This document shows positions 38,466-51,782 of a stretch of DNA of 64,000 nt, in pieces (the stretch's first letter is position 1; every line of letters starts with the position of its first letter). Origin of the DNA: Blastocystis sp. Blastoise (taxonomy: Eukaryota; Protista; Bigyra: Opalinata). Location: the NCBI GenBank assembly GCA_039096225.1, contig JBBPEB010000015.1, positions 1,798,001 through 1,862,000 on the forward strand, in the 5' to 3' direction. The position numbers and the translations under genes were made by a program. The notes below the pieces were generated by a model. It was not told where the DNA came from. It searched no databases and saw only the letters and a program-made list of their open reading frames with translations.

Positions 38466-40073
38466 ATGAGTGATAAGACTCCCTATGAACATACAGATAA
38501 CTATTACACATACTTCTACGATGAGTTCTTTATAAGAACTACACCCTTATCGAGAGATAATGTTATGCAATATTTTATGAGATCACCTTTCTATGCATAT
38601 TCTTGTTTGAACCAAGTGGCTATCAATGAGGGAAAACCTCTGAGTGAAATGACGTATATTATCGCATGCTTTGTGTAATATATTTAGTACAATGGAGGGC
38701 GTTATCTATAATTTGCAAAGGTGTGGTAGTGAGCCTGCGTTATTTGTCATACACAAAGAATATCAATCTCGGTCAAGAGCAAATTCAACAGAAATGACCA
38801 CAATTCTTCTTGCTATTTATTTTGTTGTTACTGGAGCTGTCTATCAAGCTCCAGATCTATGTTCTATTGTCAAATATAGGCTTGTATGTTTCTTATATGA
38901 TTGAATCACATAATCATTTATATTTTTATTTATGTTTAGTATAATTGTATGCAAAAATTATATGAAACATATTCAGAACTCAAATCTCACGTACACTTTT
39001 CTCCTGCTGATGGATTCACGTGGAAATTCTATAAACAAACCATCAAAGAAAAAGAAAGTATTAATTTTAAATATATTTTAATTATCATAGATAATGTAAA
39101 CTTATCTGTTTAAAAAGTTTTGCTATTATTATGTTTTTTTTTTTATATTTATTTATTCTTTATATGTTTTTTAATATTATTTTTTATTGTATTCTTTATA
39201 TTACTATATATTCTTTATATTACTATATTTTATTAAATATCTATAATATTATTATATATTCTATATATTCTATAATATTATTATATATTCTATTTATTCA
39301 TATATATTATTATATATTCTATTTATTCATATCTATTATTATATATTCTATAATATTCCTATATATTCTATAATATTATTATATATTATTATATATTCTA
39401 TAATATTATTATATATTTTATATATCTTTATATATATAAATCTATATATAGATTTACCAAGTAGCGCTAGTCGAAAACGTGCTATAAAAGATTCAGAATC
39501 TTTACATGAAGAATTACTTACACAAATTGCAAATATAATTAATGTTCAACACGAATATACAAAAGATGACGATTTACTGAAAGATATGGATGAAGACATT
39601 AAAGAAGAAATTGCACAAAAAATGTATACTCATTTATTCTATCTATATTTCATCTATATATATATATAATTTTTTTTTAACTATTTTTTTATGATATATT
39701 AAATACTGTTTATAATATAGTATTTGTAGTATAAATATTTTCCAAAAAATATATATTTTTATATATAATAATGATTCTTGTTCTCTATTATATAATACTA
39801 AATAGGTCTTTAATTGAAGAATATATGCAATCACAAACACTGATACCTAATTTATTTAACTCTATATATCCAAGTTCACTATTTCCAACATCGGAATCAA
39901 TAAATCCTCTAAATACAGATGCATTCTCAACTTTATTCCCTATAGATTCATCATCATTATCTATCAATACAAATGAACAAATGAATACAAATAGTAATGA
40001 TATGAATTATAGTCAAAACTCTAGTATTAATCCTAATCTTCCTATGTTAGATCCAAATATTAATTTTAATTAA
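38466..40073 (+). CDS. MED6: Mediator subunit 6, multi-exon
   Basis: NVMQYFMRSPFY..SCLN, EPALFVIHK and YFVVTGAVYQAPDLCSIVKYRL. Confidence 0.88.
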
Positions 40074-40519
40074 TTTTCTGTATCATTATTTATATATATT
40101 CTATTCAATCAAGTCTCTCTAATCTTTATGAATATGTTTCATTATTGTCAAATATATATATTTATTATATAATTTGGTATTCTTATTTTTTATTTATCTG
40201 TTCTATAATGATTCATTCAGAATACATTTAACATTTATAACAAAAAAATAAACTATTTATATTTCCAATAAACAACAATGATTAGTATGGTATAAATGTT
40301 TATCTAAAAGAGAACATGAATATAGAAAAATAAATTATTATTATATAAAACTATATATATAAAGAAATATACAAAAAAAAGAGCTAAGACAGAAAGAAAA
40401 AAATTGAACATTATAATAAAGAAACAATAGATTATATGAGAAATAGGAAAAAAAATAAGAAGACAAAGCATATGTTGAAAATGTACATAAGAATAATATA
40501 TACATATTTATAAATTTAT

Positions 40520-41018
40520 TTATTCAGGAACAACGGTAACATTTCCTTCATACCCAACAGATTGTTTATAAGCAAGAATAGCTGCTTTATCAAATAATTC
40601 ATGAATACCTTCACCAGTCTTAGCAGAACATTCAGAGAAATAGAATCTATTCGAATCTGCATATACTTGCATCTTAGCAGAAGGAAATTGTTTATCACCA
40701 TCAATTTTATTTCCTGCTAATAAGACAACAACATCCTTGCTTACTTCAAATAAGTCATCAATCCATTTCTCTAAATTAGTTACTGTATCTTGATTTGTAG
40801 AATCATAACATACAATACCTATAATAAAGGATATTCCATTAATAGCATCATTATTATTATATTTTGATATGTATATATATAGTTATCAATGAAATGTATA
40901 TAAAATACACTTTTATTATAAATAGAATAAAAAAATTAATTAATAATAATAAAATAATAAATAATAATAATAAAATAATAATAATAAATAATAATAATAA
41001 TAATAATAATAAAAATAT

Positions 41019-41075
<57 letters not shown>

Positions 41076-41496
41076 TAATTAATAATAATAATAAATAATT
41101 AATAATAATAATAATAAAAATATATAATTAATAATAATAACTAATAATAATAACATATATAATTAGCATACCAACAATAGCATCAGTATAGAAATAACGT
41201 GTCATAGAACGATATTGTTCTTCACCTGCAGTATCCCAAATATGAAGTCTGACTTTGACAATCTTATCATCTTCTCGTTTAATAACAAGATCTTTGATAG
41301 CAAAAGTAGCACCAATAGTGACATTGTGAACAGTAGACCACTTATCTTGAGTATATCTCATAACAATACTAGTTTTACCAACGGCTTTATCACCAATAAG
41401 TACTATTTTATAAGGCTTTTCAGCAGCTTCTATTTGCTCAGCAACAGGTTCAGTAGCAATAAGAGGCTCATTCTTCTTTCCCATACAATTACCCAT
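40520..41496 (-). CDS. Rab5-family GTPase with N-terminal acylation motif and no C-terminal cysteines (ARA6/Rab5b-like), 2 exons
   Basis: MGNC start, GDKAVGKTS, VTIGATF, WDTAGEEQY, GNKID and ECSAKTG; ends GNVTVVPE*. Confidence 0.85.
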
Positions 41497-42080
41497 GTTA
41501 GATCTATCCTTTAAATGATACTGAAAATATTAAAGAAAGTAAATCAATTCACTTTATGAATTTTTAAATAACTTGGAAACGAACAACACAATGATTCTTT
41601 CATTTTTGTTTTCCCTTAAGATGGCTTTTTCTTGATTATTTCCAGTGATTCTCCGCAAAACATATTTTTTCTACGGTTATTTTTCTATTTAAAAATTTGG
41701 ATTTCACCAATTTTCAGACTGTATTCTTTAAGTTCATTAGGTATGATAGCATTTATTATTTGTTAAACTAGTAAATCTAAAAGATAGAATGCATGAACGA
41801 TATCTTATTTTCAATTCAAGCCTCATTTGTCAAATGGCGCTGAGAAGTGTTTTTGAAGAATCTCTATGATTGATCCTGTTTTTTATAATGTTTAGATATA
41901 TGTGGTATGAAAGAAAACACAGATAACGCAAAAGAATTCTAATATGAGGAAAAGACTATTTTTTTTACACACAAAAAAAAAGCTAATAATATTTCTCATG
42001 ATATTGTGATTATAAGAAGACAATAGAAAGAAGAAGAAAAAGTCAAAAAAGGAAAAATAAAGTAAATGTGATTTAGATCG

Positions 42081-42332
42081 TTAGTTCTTATTGGAATTTT
42101 TCTGTAATAAGAGTTGATTGATGGTGTATAAAATATCATCTTTCATTGCAGGATCTATTTGACCTTTAGAATATTCATATGTCTTAGCGAGTAAGTATTC
42201 AAATGTGACATTGTTTAAACCATCTGTTTGAATCAGATTTTGGCAATATTGCTTTACCAAGAAATACCAATCAGTACATAATAGTTCATCTTTCATTTTG
42301 TTTTCAATTAATTTTTTGTCCTTTCGATCCAT
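42081..42332 (-). CDS. ENY2: ENY2/Sus1 (SAGA DUB module / TREX-2 subunit)
   Basis: MKDELLCTDWYFLVKQYCQNLIQTDGLNNVTFEYL...KGQIDPAMKDDIL parallels the ENY2 pattern L..CGW...K..C...I...GL..VT...L. ATG at 42332. Confidence 0.75.
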   Translation of the reverse strand: MDRKDKKLIENKMKDELLCTDWYFLVKQYCQNLIQTDGLNNVTFEYLLAKTYEYSKGQIDPAMKDDILYTINQLLLQKNSNKN

Positions 42333-42598
42333 ATTCAAATACTTTTTGTAGAATTGTAAACTACTATTTGGTTTTCAAACTAATTTTTATAATTCAAGCG
42401 GAAGACTATAGTTATTCCTATTCAATGAATATATATAATATACTGGATCACAAGGTTATAATAAACTAATAGTAATTTATAAAAAATGATCTTTTCATGA
42501 TTAAAACGAGAATGTCCCTAGAAAAAGGAATACTTTCATGATTTTGAAAACAAAATATTTTTTTCCTTTATAGTTTTTTAAAGGAATTCAAGTATTGA

Positions 42599-44078
42599 AT
42601 GTTATCTCAATTATTATTGTTCTTCATGTTTATTTCACTAATAAATGCAAAAACAAGTGTTATTGATTTAACTCCGGATAATATATATGAAGAAACAGAG
42701 TCATCGAAATTATACACTTTTTTTAAATTTATATTTAATCATCCTTGGGAACCTTTCGGTATTGGTTTTATTGTATTCTACATTGGTTATTTTATATGGG
42801 GTATGCGAAGAAATAAAAAGATATCTAAAGCTTGGTAATCATATATTATAATTATTGTTTTTTTTTTTAATATGTTAGTATTTTTGTTAATATATATATG
42901 GTATTACATTCACCTTTATGTTTCTATTCATTATGAAGGTTAAAAGAATATCGTTCTTTATTTGAATCTCAATTTACATTAACAGGTATTTCCAGTAAAT
43001 ATAATGGGTTTATTCATATAAGTCACGATGAATACCGATATTTTTGTTCAGGAAGACGAAATTGTAGAGGACTTCTTGCTACCTGTAAAGTATAGAGATT
43101 TATATATATATTAAATTGATTTATGTTATACTATTAATAAGTTTATCATGTTCATTTTTATTTGTATGTTCTTTTTTTCTACTTTTTTATATTGTTAAAT
43201 GTTGTTATATATATAGACGAAGAAACGTCAGGATTTCTTTTCTTTTTTGATCGAACTCATCAAACCAGTTGAAGATTTACTTGTATATATATATATATAT
43301 ATCTTTATAAGCTTCTATTTGGCATATAGACATAATAATGTTTTGTATCATATACTATTCTTTATTCATATAATTATAGATCAAGATATTATTATTATTA
43401 TATATTATATATTCGTTGTTTTTCTCTGATTATTATACATAAAAAATGAGATGAACTACATATATATATATAATCTTCTTCCTTATCTATCTAGACTATT
43501 GATATTCCTCTGGAACCAAAAGATCTGTCTCCCTATGTATTCGCTCTATGTAGAAAAACAGATGTGAAAAAAATACATACAACATTTAAAGATCTTGTAT
43601 ATTTATATATTTATTATTATATTTATTATTATATTTATTTTATTTATTTTATTTATTAAATAAAATTAATATTTATAAAATAATATTATTATATTTATTA
43701 CTACATTTATTATCACCTATTCTTGTTACACAAATCTGAATCAGTTTAAATATATATACCTATCATACATTTCTATACCTATACTCTATTTCCTTATATT
43801 TCTAATCCATTTTCTCTATAAGGATTATGGAGAACAGATATCTTCTCAGTATATCCCTGATCTCTCTCGTTATTGCCCTCAATGGGCTGTTATTTCAGAC
43901 ACAAATGAAATACCTACACAAATAGTTACACGTCAATTAGTCGATTTAATTAAAAATGATCATGATTGCTTACGATTAATTCATATCACAGATCAGAGAG
44001 CAGAAAATGTGGATGGATCCGTCAGATTATCGACGGCTACATTACGATTGCAATTCAAAATACCATCTCCTGGTATAT

Positions 44079-44126
<48 letters not shown>

Positions 44127-44381
44127 TTGAGTATTATTATTATACCTATATATATATCAATTATCAAAATATGAAAATACATTATTAATATATACAATTT
44201 TTAAAAATTATATATTTTTTTCCTTTTAGAGAATATTAGTGAGTTAAAATCATGGATGAATTATATATTTACTTTAATTGATCTTCTGCCTACACTTCAT
44301 CTTTCATCTCAAGTATATGCTATGAATAGAAGAGCTAGAGTTCAAAATGAACAACGAAACTTTGTTAAAGATCATCAGTAA
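42599..44381 (+). CDS. CCDC47: PAT complex subunit CCDC47 (DUF1682)-like ER membrane protein, multi-exon; 3' end uncertain
   Basis: Signal peptide, TM ending YFIWGMRRNKKISKAW, FCSGRRNCRG and KKRQDFFS. Stop at 44379-81, or about 100 nt further on if one more intron is used. Confidence 0.75.
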
Positions 44382-44751
44382 GTCATATATATCCGACTTT
44401 ATTCGTGTTTTGTTTTACTTTTATTGATAATTCTTTTATTAACAGAATAATCATACAAAAACTCCTATTTCTTCGTATTTAAAACTAAAGCAACAATACC
44501 TTTTAATGAAATAAAAAAGAAATAATATATTGCTGATATTCATTTATAACATTATATAATGAATCATTATTTATTCATCATATTGAACTTATGATTCTTA
44601 TTCATTATAACAAAAACACTAAATTAATGAAAACAAATGAAAAATAATCTATCTAAAGAAATAACAAGAAAAAAACAACAAAAGATTCTAATTAAATGAA
44701 GACACTGATAAGCTAAATACATAAACTAAACATAAAGAATTTTATTATTAA

Positions 44752-46877
44752 TTAAAAATGATCATTTTTAAAGGATGTTGTTTCTATATCTATTTGATTT
44801 GTATCTATAATAACAACATCATTAAAATGACTACGGAAAAAAGAACAACAAAGAGTTCCCATAAAGAAACAACCTATATATATAAGTAGACGATATCCTT
44901 TCTTCCAACAGAATAAACTATGACGAACTTTCGAATAACGATCTTCTAGTGACTTTCTAGATAGAGAAATATATAAGATATCATAAGATATAAAAATTGT
45001 TCATTAGTTTAATTCAAATTTATAATATATATATATATATTTCTCTTTAATATTATAAAAATAAAAATAAAATACTGTTGTTTTTTATATTTTTTGAGAG
45101 CTACTTTTGCTTCTTTAATAATATTGTTAGACGTACTTATAAGAGCTTCTTTTCTATTTTGTCTTTCTTTTAAAACTGACTAGAAGAATTCATATATTAA
45201 TAATGATATAAATCAATAAGAAATATATATCATATATTATAAATATATTGAGCATATAAAACAATATATACTTCCATAATTTGATTCTTTTCAATTCCTG
45301 TTTGAATATTTGATTTTAGTAAATTAATTGAATGTTTTAATGAGGATATATTAATTTCTAATTCCTATATATATAAAGTTGGATTAAAAAAGTAAATAAT
45401 AATAAAGAGAAATAGATTATATATAAATATATAAATACTTGGTTTTGTGATTTCATAAGTTCAAGTTGAGATTGTGTTAAGTAAATTGATTTCAATATAC
45501 GTGGTTCAGGTATAGGGAAAGAAGAATGAATAGATAAAGAATCAGATGGTTCTGTAGATATAGGTAAGGTAGTAGTAGTATTATTATTATTAACATTATT
45601 AGTAATAGTATTATTATTATTATTGTTATTTGTATTATTATTAACATCATTAGTATTATTATTATTATTATCATCATTAGTATTATTATTAATATCATTA
45701 GTATTATTATTATTAATATCATTAGTATTATTATTATTAACATCATTAGTAATAATTTCATTACCAATAGCACTGTGATCATTAGTTACAGGAGTACGAC
45801 GAGAAGATGAAGAAGATGTGTTTATATTTTCACTAGTTTGAGTATCTATAATAGTAGATATATCCTTATTCTCATCATTGTCCTTATTATCTTGATTACT
45901 CTTATTTTCAGTTATAGTTTCACTATTATTTTCAATAGTCTTATTATTAATAATATCTGTATCATGTATATTTATTGTAGTTGATATAGAATCAGATATA
46001 TGTACTGTAGAAGAGAGAGAAGTATCCTTTGTTTGATTCTTCAATTGATTCTTATCTTTATCATAAATATCGTTCATAATCATCTCATTATTCATAGAAT
46101 GAACATCAATTGAAGACTTTAGAGGAGAAGATGTAGTGTCCAAGGAAGATAATTCTATAGGTACTGATTCGGAACCTGAATGATCTGAAGAATTGGGGAC
46201 TTCTTTAAAAACTGAAAGAGTCTTTGATATTGATTGATTCAGTATATGTTTATCATTTTCAAGTTCATTCAAATAGCTTTGATCTCGTTGATTCTCTTCT
46301 TTAATATTTTCTTTAATAGAATCGTTTTGTTTATTAGAAGACATTATATTATCTGAAGACTCAGAAATAGTTTTATCAATATCCAAAGAAGAGAGAGAAT
46401 TCTTTTCATCTAAAATAGATTCTGTATTTATATCTTCTTCATTTCCCTCCTCTTTTTCCATTTCTGCAGCTACTTGTTGAATTGTAATCATATATTGTTC
46501 TAACTCCTGATACTCAGACAATAATGTATTATATTCATCAATAAGTTTTGCCTTTTCTTCACGAAGAGACTTATTTTTCTCAACAACATTGTCCATCATT
46601 TCTTTATCAATTGTAATTGTTTCAAGATATTCTGAATACTGCTTTATTTGTGCTCTCAGCTGGGTCATAACTTCAAATGAGAAACTAGGGATGGCACTTG
46701 ATAATAAATCTATGACAATTAGATCTAAAGAATACTGAAATTGATATACTTTTTATATTTTCTGATTTCCCAGTTTCATTTTTCGCGCCTGTATATAGAT
46801 AGAACACAAAATTATGATACTATACCTTCAACTGTTTGTAAATTACTCGTATTATGTGGTTTTTTTATATCACTCAT
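44752..46877 (-). CDS. Coiled-coil / Asn-rich protein with a C-terminal transmembrane segment, function unknown
   Basis: Exons join in frame from ATG 46877. Heptad-rich N-terminus, low-complexity middle and hydrophobic LLIYIGCFFMGTLCCSFF near the stop at 44752. Confidence 0.65.
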
Positions 46878-47348
46878 TTAGAAAGAAAGTAGGAGCGCAG
46901 AAATAATGTATAAAACTCTCGTTTCTTAATTAAGAAAAGAAATTAACAGAAAAGAGTATTCTCAAAAAAAAATTAAAAATAGTTATAAAAATTAGTTTTT
47001 ATATTTCTGTTCTATTCTGATAAACGTAGATTGTCTGATTATTTCAAATAAAATGATTGTTGTGGAAGATTCATAAATGTCTACCTTCTGAATATGTAAT
47101 TTTTAATATTCTTTTTCTCAATATTGCATTCACCAGAATAATGTGATTAAAAAATATATAGATGTACATTATTCTTTCTTTAGAGCATCATATAGATACA
47201 TTATTTACATGATGACCTTTAAATGAACAAAATGTGATGATTTGACAGAAACACAAGACAAACCAAGGACAATAAATGATCATAACAAAAACACGAGTGA
47301 CGAATACAATTAATATACAAATAAATAACGAAATAAGGAAGAACAAAA

Positions 47349-49853
47349 TTAAATTTGGTTAGCAATACGAGCAGCTACTTCAGAAGCAGCTTTTCTTGTT
47401 TCAGGGAATTTCGCGACATATTCACCAGAAGAGAGATATGAAACAATAAGTTGTCTTTTGGCGAACCATCTTCCATTAAGATCTTGAGCGGATTGTTTAG
47501 CTCCTTCAATAGAGTCAAACATGACATATACATGTCCCTGACTAGCTTTATCAACATAGATATGTAATACTTTTCCATATTTACTACATTCACCTAACAT
47601 ATCATCCTATATATATGTATTAAATTATATAATGAATAAAATAATAAAGTAGATATAAGTATAAAGTAATATAGTTAATTCTTAATAGAAAATATATATA
47701 GAGTATATACACGAATATCGATATCCCAATTCACTTCTCGTTCTTCCATGGGATTAAATGCATTCTTCAAAAGGAGACAGTTCGATACATTACCTTGAAT
47801 AATAGGCTTTCCATCGGGTCCCAAAGCGGCTTCCTATAGGAATATAAAGAGTATAAGATAAGGAAAAGAAGAATATATAGTTTTATATAATTATAAACTA
47901 GGAGAAAATATATATAATTATATATATTGATAAAATAAAAAATATAGAATAAAAATAAAAATAAAGAATAAAAATACAAAATAAAAATAAAAATAAAAAT
48001 AAAAATAAAAATAAAAATAAACATAAATAAATATACTTCTTGAGTAACTTGTCCAGGACAATTAACTTTTTGCATCTGTTCCATAAAGGATTGATCTTTG
48101 CTCTTTGCTAATTCAGCCATCAATTGTGCACGTGTTTGAGGGTTCATATTAACGCCACCCGCATCTTCAGTATCTTCAAGTCTCCATCCACTATTAACAG
48201 TATTACCTGACATCAAAGATACTTGTAAACGACAATTTAATATTTCGGTTCCATTTAATCCCTCTACAGCATGACGAGCAGCTTCTATATATATATATAT
48301 TAGTCAGTAAATATATATAAATATATATAAATATATTAAATATCATATATATATAAATAAATATACGATGATTTCTGAAAAGAATATATCCAGTTCCTTT
48401 TGATTTTCCGTTTTCATCAACAGATATAGTAACATTATCAATATCACCATAAGAACTGAAAACCTATAAATATATTAAATGAATTATTATAAACAGAATA
48501 AAAAAAAGTCAAAATATACATGAATAATAAAAAATAAACTAAAATAAAAATTTTAATAATTCATGACATAAAAATAATAAAAATCAATAATAATATTCAC
48601 ATACAGTTTGAAGTTCTCTTTCGTTAAATTGAATAGGGATATTTGAAACAGTAACACGTGTGGGTGGAGCACTAACGAGTGGTTTTGTAGTACTAACAGA
48701 CCAGTTCTTCTCTGCTTCACTACGTTTAACTTTAATTGGATATCCACTACAATTACAAGCATCGTGCTGAGTACAAATCTTTTGTCCATTAAGCATAAGT
48801 GCCTTCGCAACATCATCTGCATTAGCCATCTCTATATACCCCATACCCTTCGATCTATGACTATTACGATCACGAATTAAAGACACACTAGCTACCTATA
48901 GAGTATATAGTATAGGAATCATAATTGTATAGAATGATAAGTATAATAAACATAATGATAATATTAATTAGTATAACAAGTAGTATAATAAACATAATAA
49001 TAAATATAATAATATAGCACTATACTTTTCCTGCTAATTCGAAATATTTCTTTAAACGTTCTTCATCGACTTTCGATAACAAATCACTTACGAATAATGT
49101 ACGAATATCACGATCTCTAGAATTCTATAGAGTAATTATATATATATGAATATATATGAATATATATATTGATCAATAAAGGAAATAAAGATTAAAAAAA
49201 TAATAATAAATAATATATATATAGAATTACATCTTCAGTTGGAGCAGGACGAGCAGGAGAAGCCCTATAAAGAATAGTTATATGTAAAAAATAAACAACA
49301 TTTAGATTAATATATTGAAAACATTAAATATATATATATTTAAAAAAAACACAAATATCCATAAACAAGCGAATATACATATATATATTTAAAAAAAAGA
49401 ATTCATTTTATTCTTAATCTGATGTTGTTTTTACATATGTGGATACTATTGATTATTAAATATTTTTTAAAAAATGAATGAGAACAATATACTCATGAGA
49501 ACGTCTATAGCTTCTTCTTTCATCATCATACCCATAACGTCTTTCACTGGTAGAATAATCACTATATTCACGTCCATAAGGACGACGTCTTTCAGAACCA
49601 CTACGAGATCTATGTCTTCTTTCTCTTGAATCTCTTGATCTTCTTCTTTCTCTGCGTTCACGAGAATCATGTCTTCTTCTTGAATCATGAGATCGGCGTC
49701 TATCCCTAGATTCTCTTGAGTGATGTCTATGATGAGATACACTTCGTTCTTTTGAAATATCACTTTTAACTACCTAAATCATAAGCAATTACACATAATC
49801 AAAAAATAAAATCAATATACTTTCGTTTCTTCTTTAGAAATAGTAGAATCCAT
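47349..49853 (-). CDS. RBM39: RNA-binding splicing factor RBM39/CAPER (RS domain, 2 RRMs, UHM), multi-exon
   Basis: RS-rich exon, LIRDRNSHRSKGMGYIE, IKVKRSEAEKN, RAQLMAELAK, CLLLKNAFNP and ECSKYGKVLHIYVD...LNGRWFAKR. Confidence 0.92.
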
Positions 49854-50556
49854 TATTACTTTTCAGTTTAGAATATAATGTATATTACAAATGAATTAAG
49901 AATAAAAATCTGAAGTTTTCTTAAAATGAAATGTACAGTTATCAATCAAGAAAATTCTATTCATGAATATCAACAAATGTCTTCCCAAAATCGAAAAAAA
50001 AATAAATTAAAAAGGCTTTATTTATAAGATCATATTTTCACTCGTTATTAAGAGAATCATCAGGAAAACGTTATTGCTTAATTCATCTATGTTTTGAAGA
50101 TACATAGAAACTAGTTTAAAAAAATAATAAGAATTGAATTCAATGGCGAGACTTATTTATTGTATGATTGACGATAATTGTAAATAATCAAATAGTTTAA
50201 GATAAAATATGGTGATATTCAGAGAATATCATATATGTTAGGTGTCATGAAACACAAAATACTTTTAAACATGGGATCTTTATATGTATATATATTTTTT
50301 AAATAGACTACATTGTATTTCACTATCAAGCTAGTGATAACATTTTTTTGTATCCATAGTTGTTTAACTTAAGAATCAATTTATTCTTTGTTTAATACAA
50401 ATATTAATTTAAATTCAGTTATGATATAAATTGCTTTATTAGGGTAATAATGTTAAAAAAGAATTCATTAAAACAAAACAAAAAAATTATAGTATCAATA
50501 ATAATAATAATGTAAACTGCAAACACATAAATCATAAAAAAAAATGAAACAAATGC

Positions 50557-50925
50557 TTAGAAGATTGAACAGCAATCATCTTGATATGGAGGAGGGGGAC
50601 CATAGTGATCGTGATGATAAGGATCACCATATGGACCAGGAGGAGGAGGACCGAAATGATCATGATGATAAGGACCGCCAAAAGGACCAGGAGGAGGAGG
50701 AGGACCAAAATGATCAAAACCAGGACCGCCAAAAGGACCAGGAGGAGGAGGAGGACCGAAATGATCGTGATGATGAGGACCACCAAAACCAGGGCCTCCA
50801 AAACCAGGACCACCATGAGGACCACCAAAATCTGGGCCACCATGAGGACCACCAAAATCAGGGCCTCCAAAACCAGGACCACCATGAGGACCACCGAAAT
50901 CAGGACCACCAAAAGGAGGAGACAT
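50557..50925 (-). CDS. Small Pro/Gly/His-rich repeat protein ending DDCCSIF (CaaX-like), paralog 1
   Basis: 122-aa ORF with host-like codon usage, FGGPHGGP repeats and a C-terminus shared with the adjacent paralog. Confidence 0.8.
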   Translation of the reverse strand: MSPPFGGPDFGGPHGGPGFGGPDFGGPHGGPDFGGPHGGPGFGGPGFGGPHHHDHFGPPPPPGPFGGPGFDHFGPPPPPGPFGGPYHHDHFGPPPPGPYGDPYHHDHYGPPPPYQDDCCSIF

Positions 50926-51602
50926 TTAATGAATTATGCAAATAAAACAATGAAGAAATAAAATGAATATGAGAAATTATACAAAGATAAAAATCAAAAG
51001 AATACGTTCCAATAAAGCTGTATAGAAATAAAACGGAAAGTCTACCTGATATTACAACGATTTTGACTGGCTATTTCCATATTCCCATGTGTTTTATTAT
51101 TTTCTAGCATTATTAGAAGGTTATAATGCTTAGTGTCCATGATTAGTGGTTTATATTAAACTGAAACATGATTCTCAACTGTGTCTTGCGATAAGAATAA
51201 CTGAATAGTTGGATCATAACAATGCGTGGATTATAAATGATGAAAAAATCTATATGTAATGCATTCATTCTTCTGATAGTAATTCGATTAATTTTTAGAA
51301 AGTATTTCTAGAAATCATGCACAAGTATTTATCGTAATTAGTCAAAAGTATTCACAAAATAGTCAAAATGATTTTAAGAAAAACATTTATTGAATTATCC
51401 AATGCATCATTTGAGTTATTACCAATGTATTATTGTGTTAAATGAATAGTTACAGGTGAAATATCTGTCAATTTATAGTCTTAATAGTTGTATTAATATT
51501 AGCAAAGCATCCATATAAAAGAAAACAAGTGAAATACTTTAAGAGGAAGAAAGTATTGAAAATAATTCAAAAAGGGAAAAATACATTCAAGAAATTATGT
51601 GT

Positions 51603-51782
51603 TTAAAAGATACAACAGCAATCATCATTATGAGGACCATGATGTGGAGGACCGTGTGGACCATGAGGACCATGATGAGGTCCACCAAATCCAGGACCAT
51701 GAGGACCATGATGTGGAGGACCATGAGGACCGTGATGAGGTCCACCGAAACCGGGACCATGAGGAGGACCGTGAGGAGGCAT
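51603..51782 (-). CDS. 59-aa Pro/Gly/His-rich protein ending DDCCCIF, paralog 2 (below the ORF-track cutoff)
   Basis: MPPHGPPHGPGFGGPHHGPHGPPHHGPHGPGFGGPHHGPHGPHGPPHHGPHNDDCCCIF*; ATG 51782, TAA 51603-51605. Confidence 0.8.
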   Translation of the reverse strand: MPPHGPPHGPGFGGPHHGPHGPPHHGPHGPGFGGPHHGPHGPHGPPHHGPHNDDCCCIF

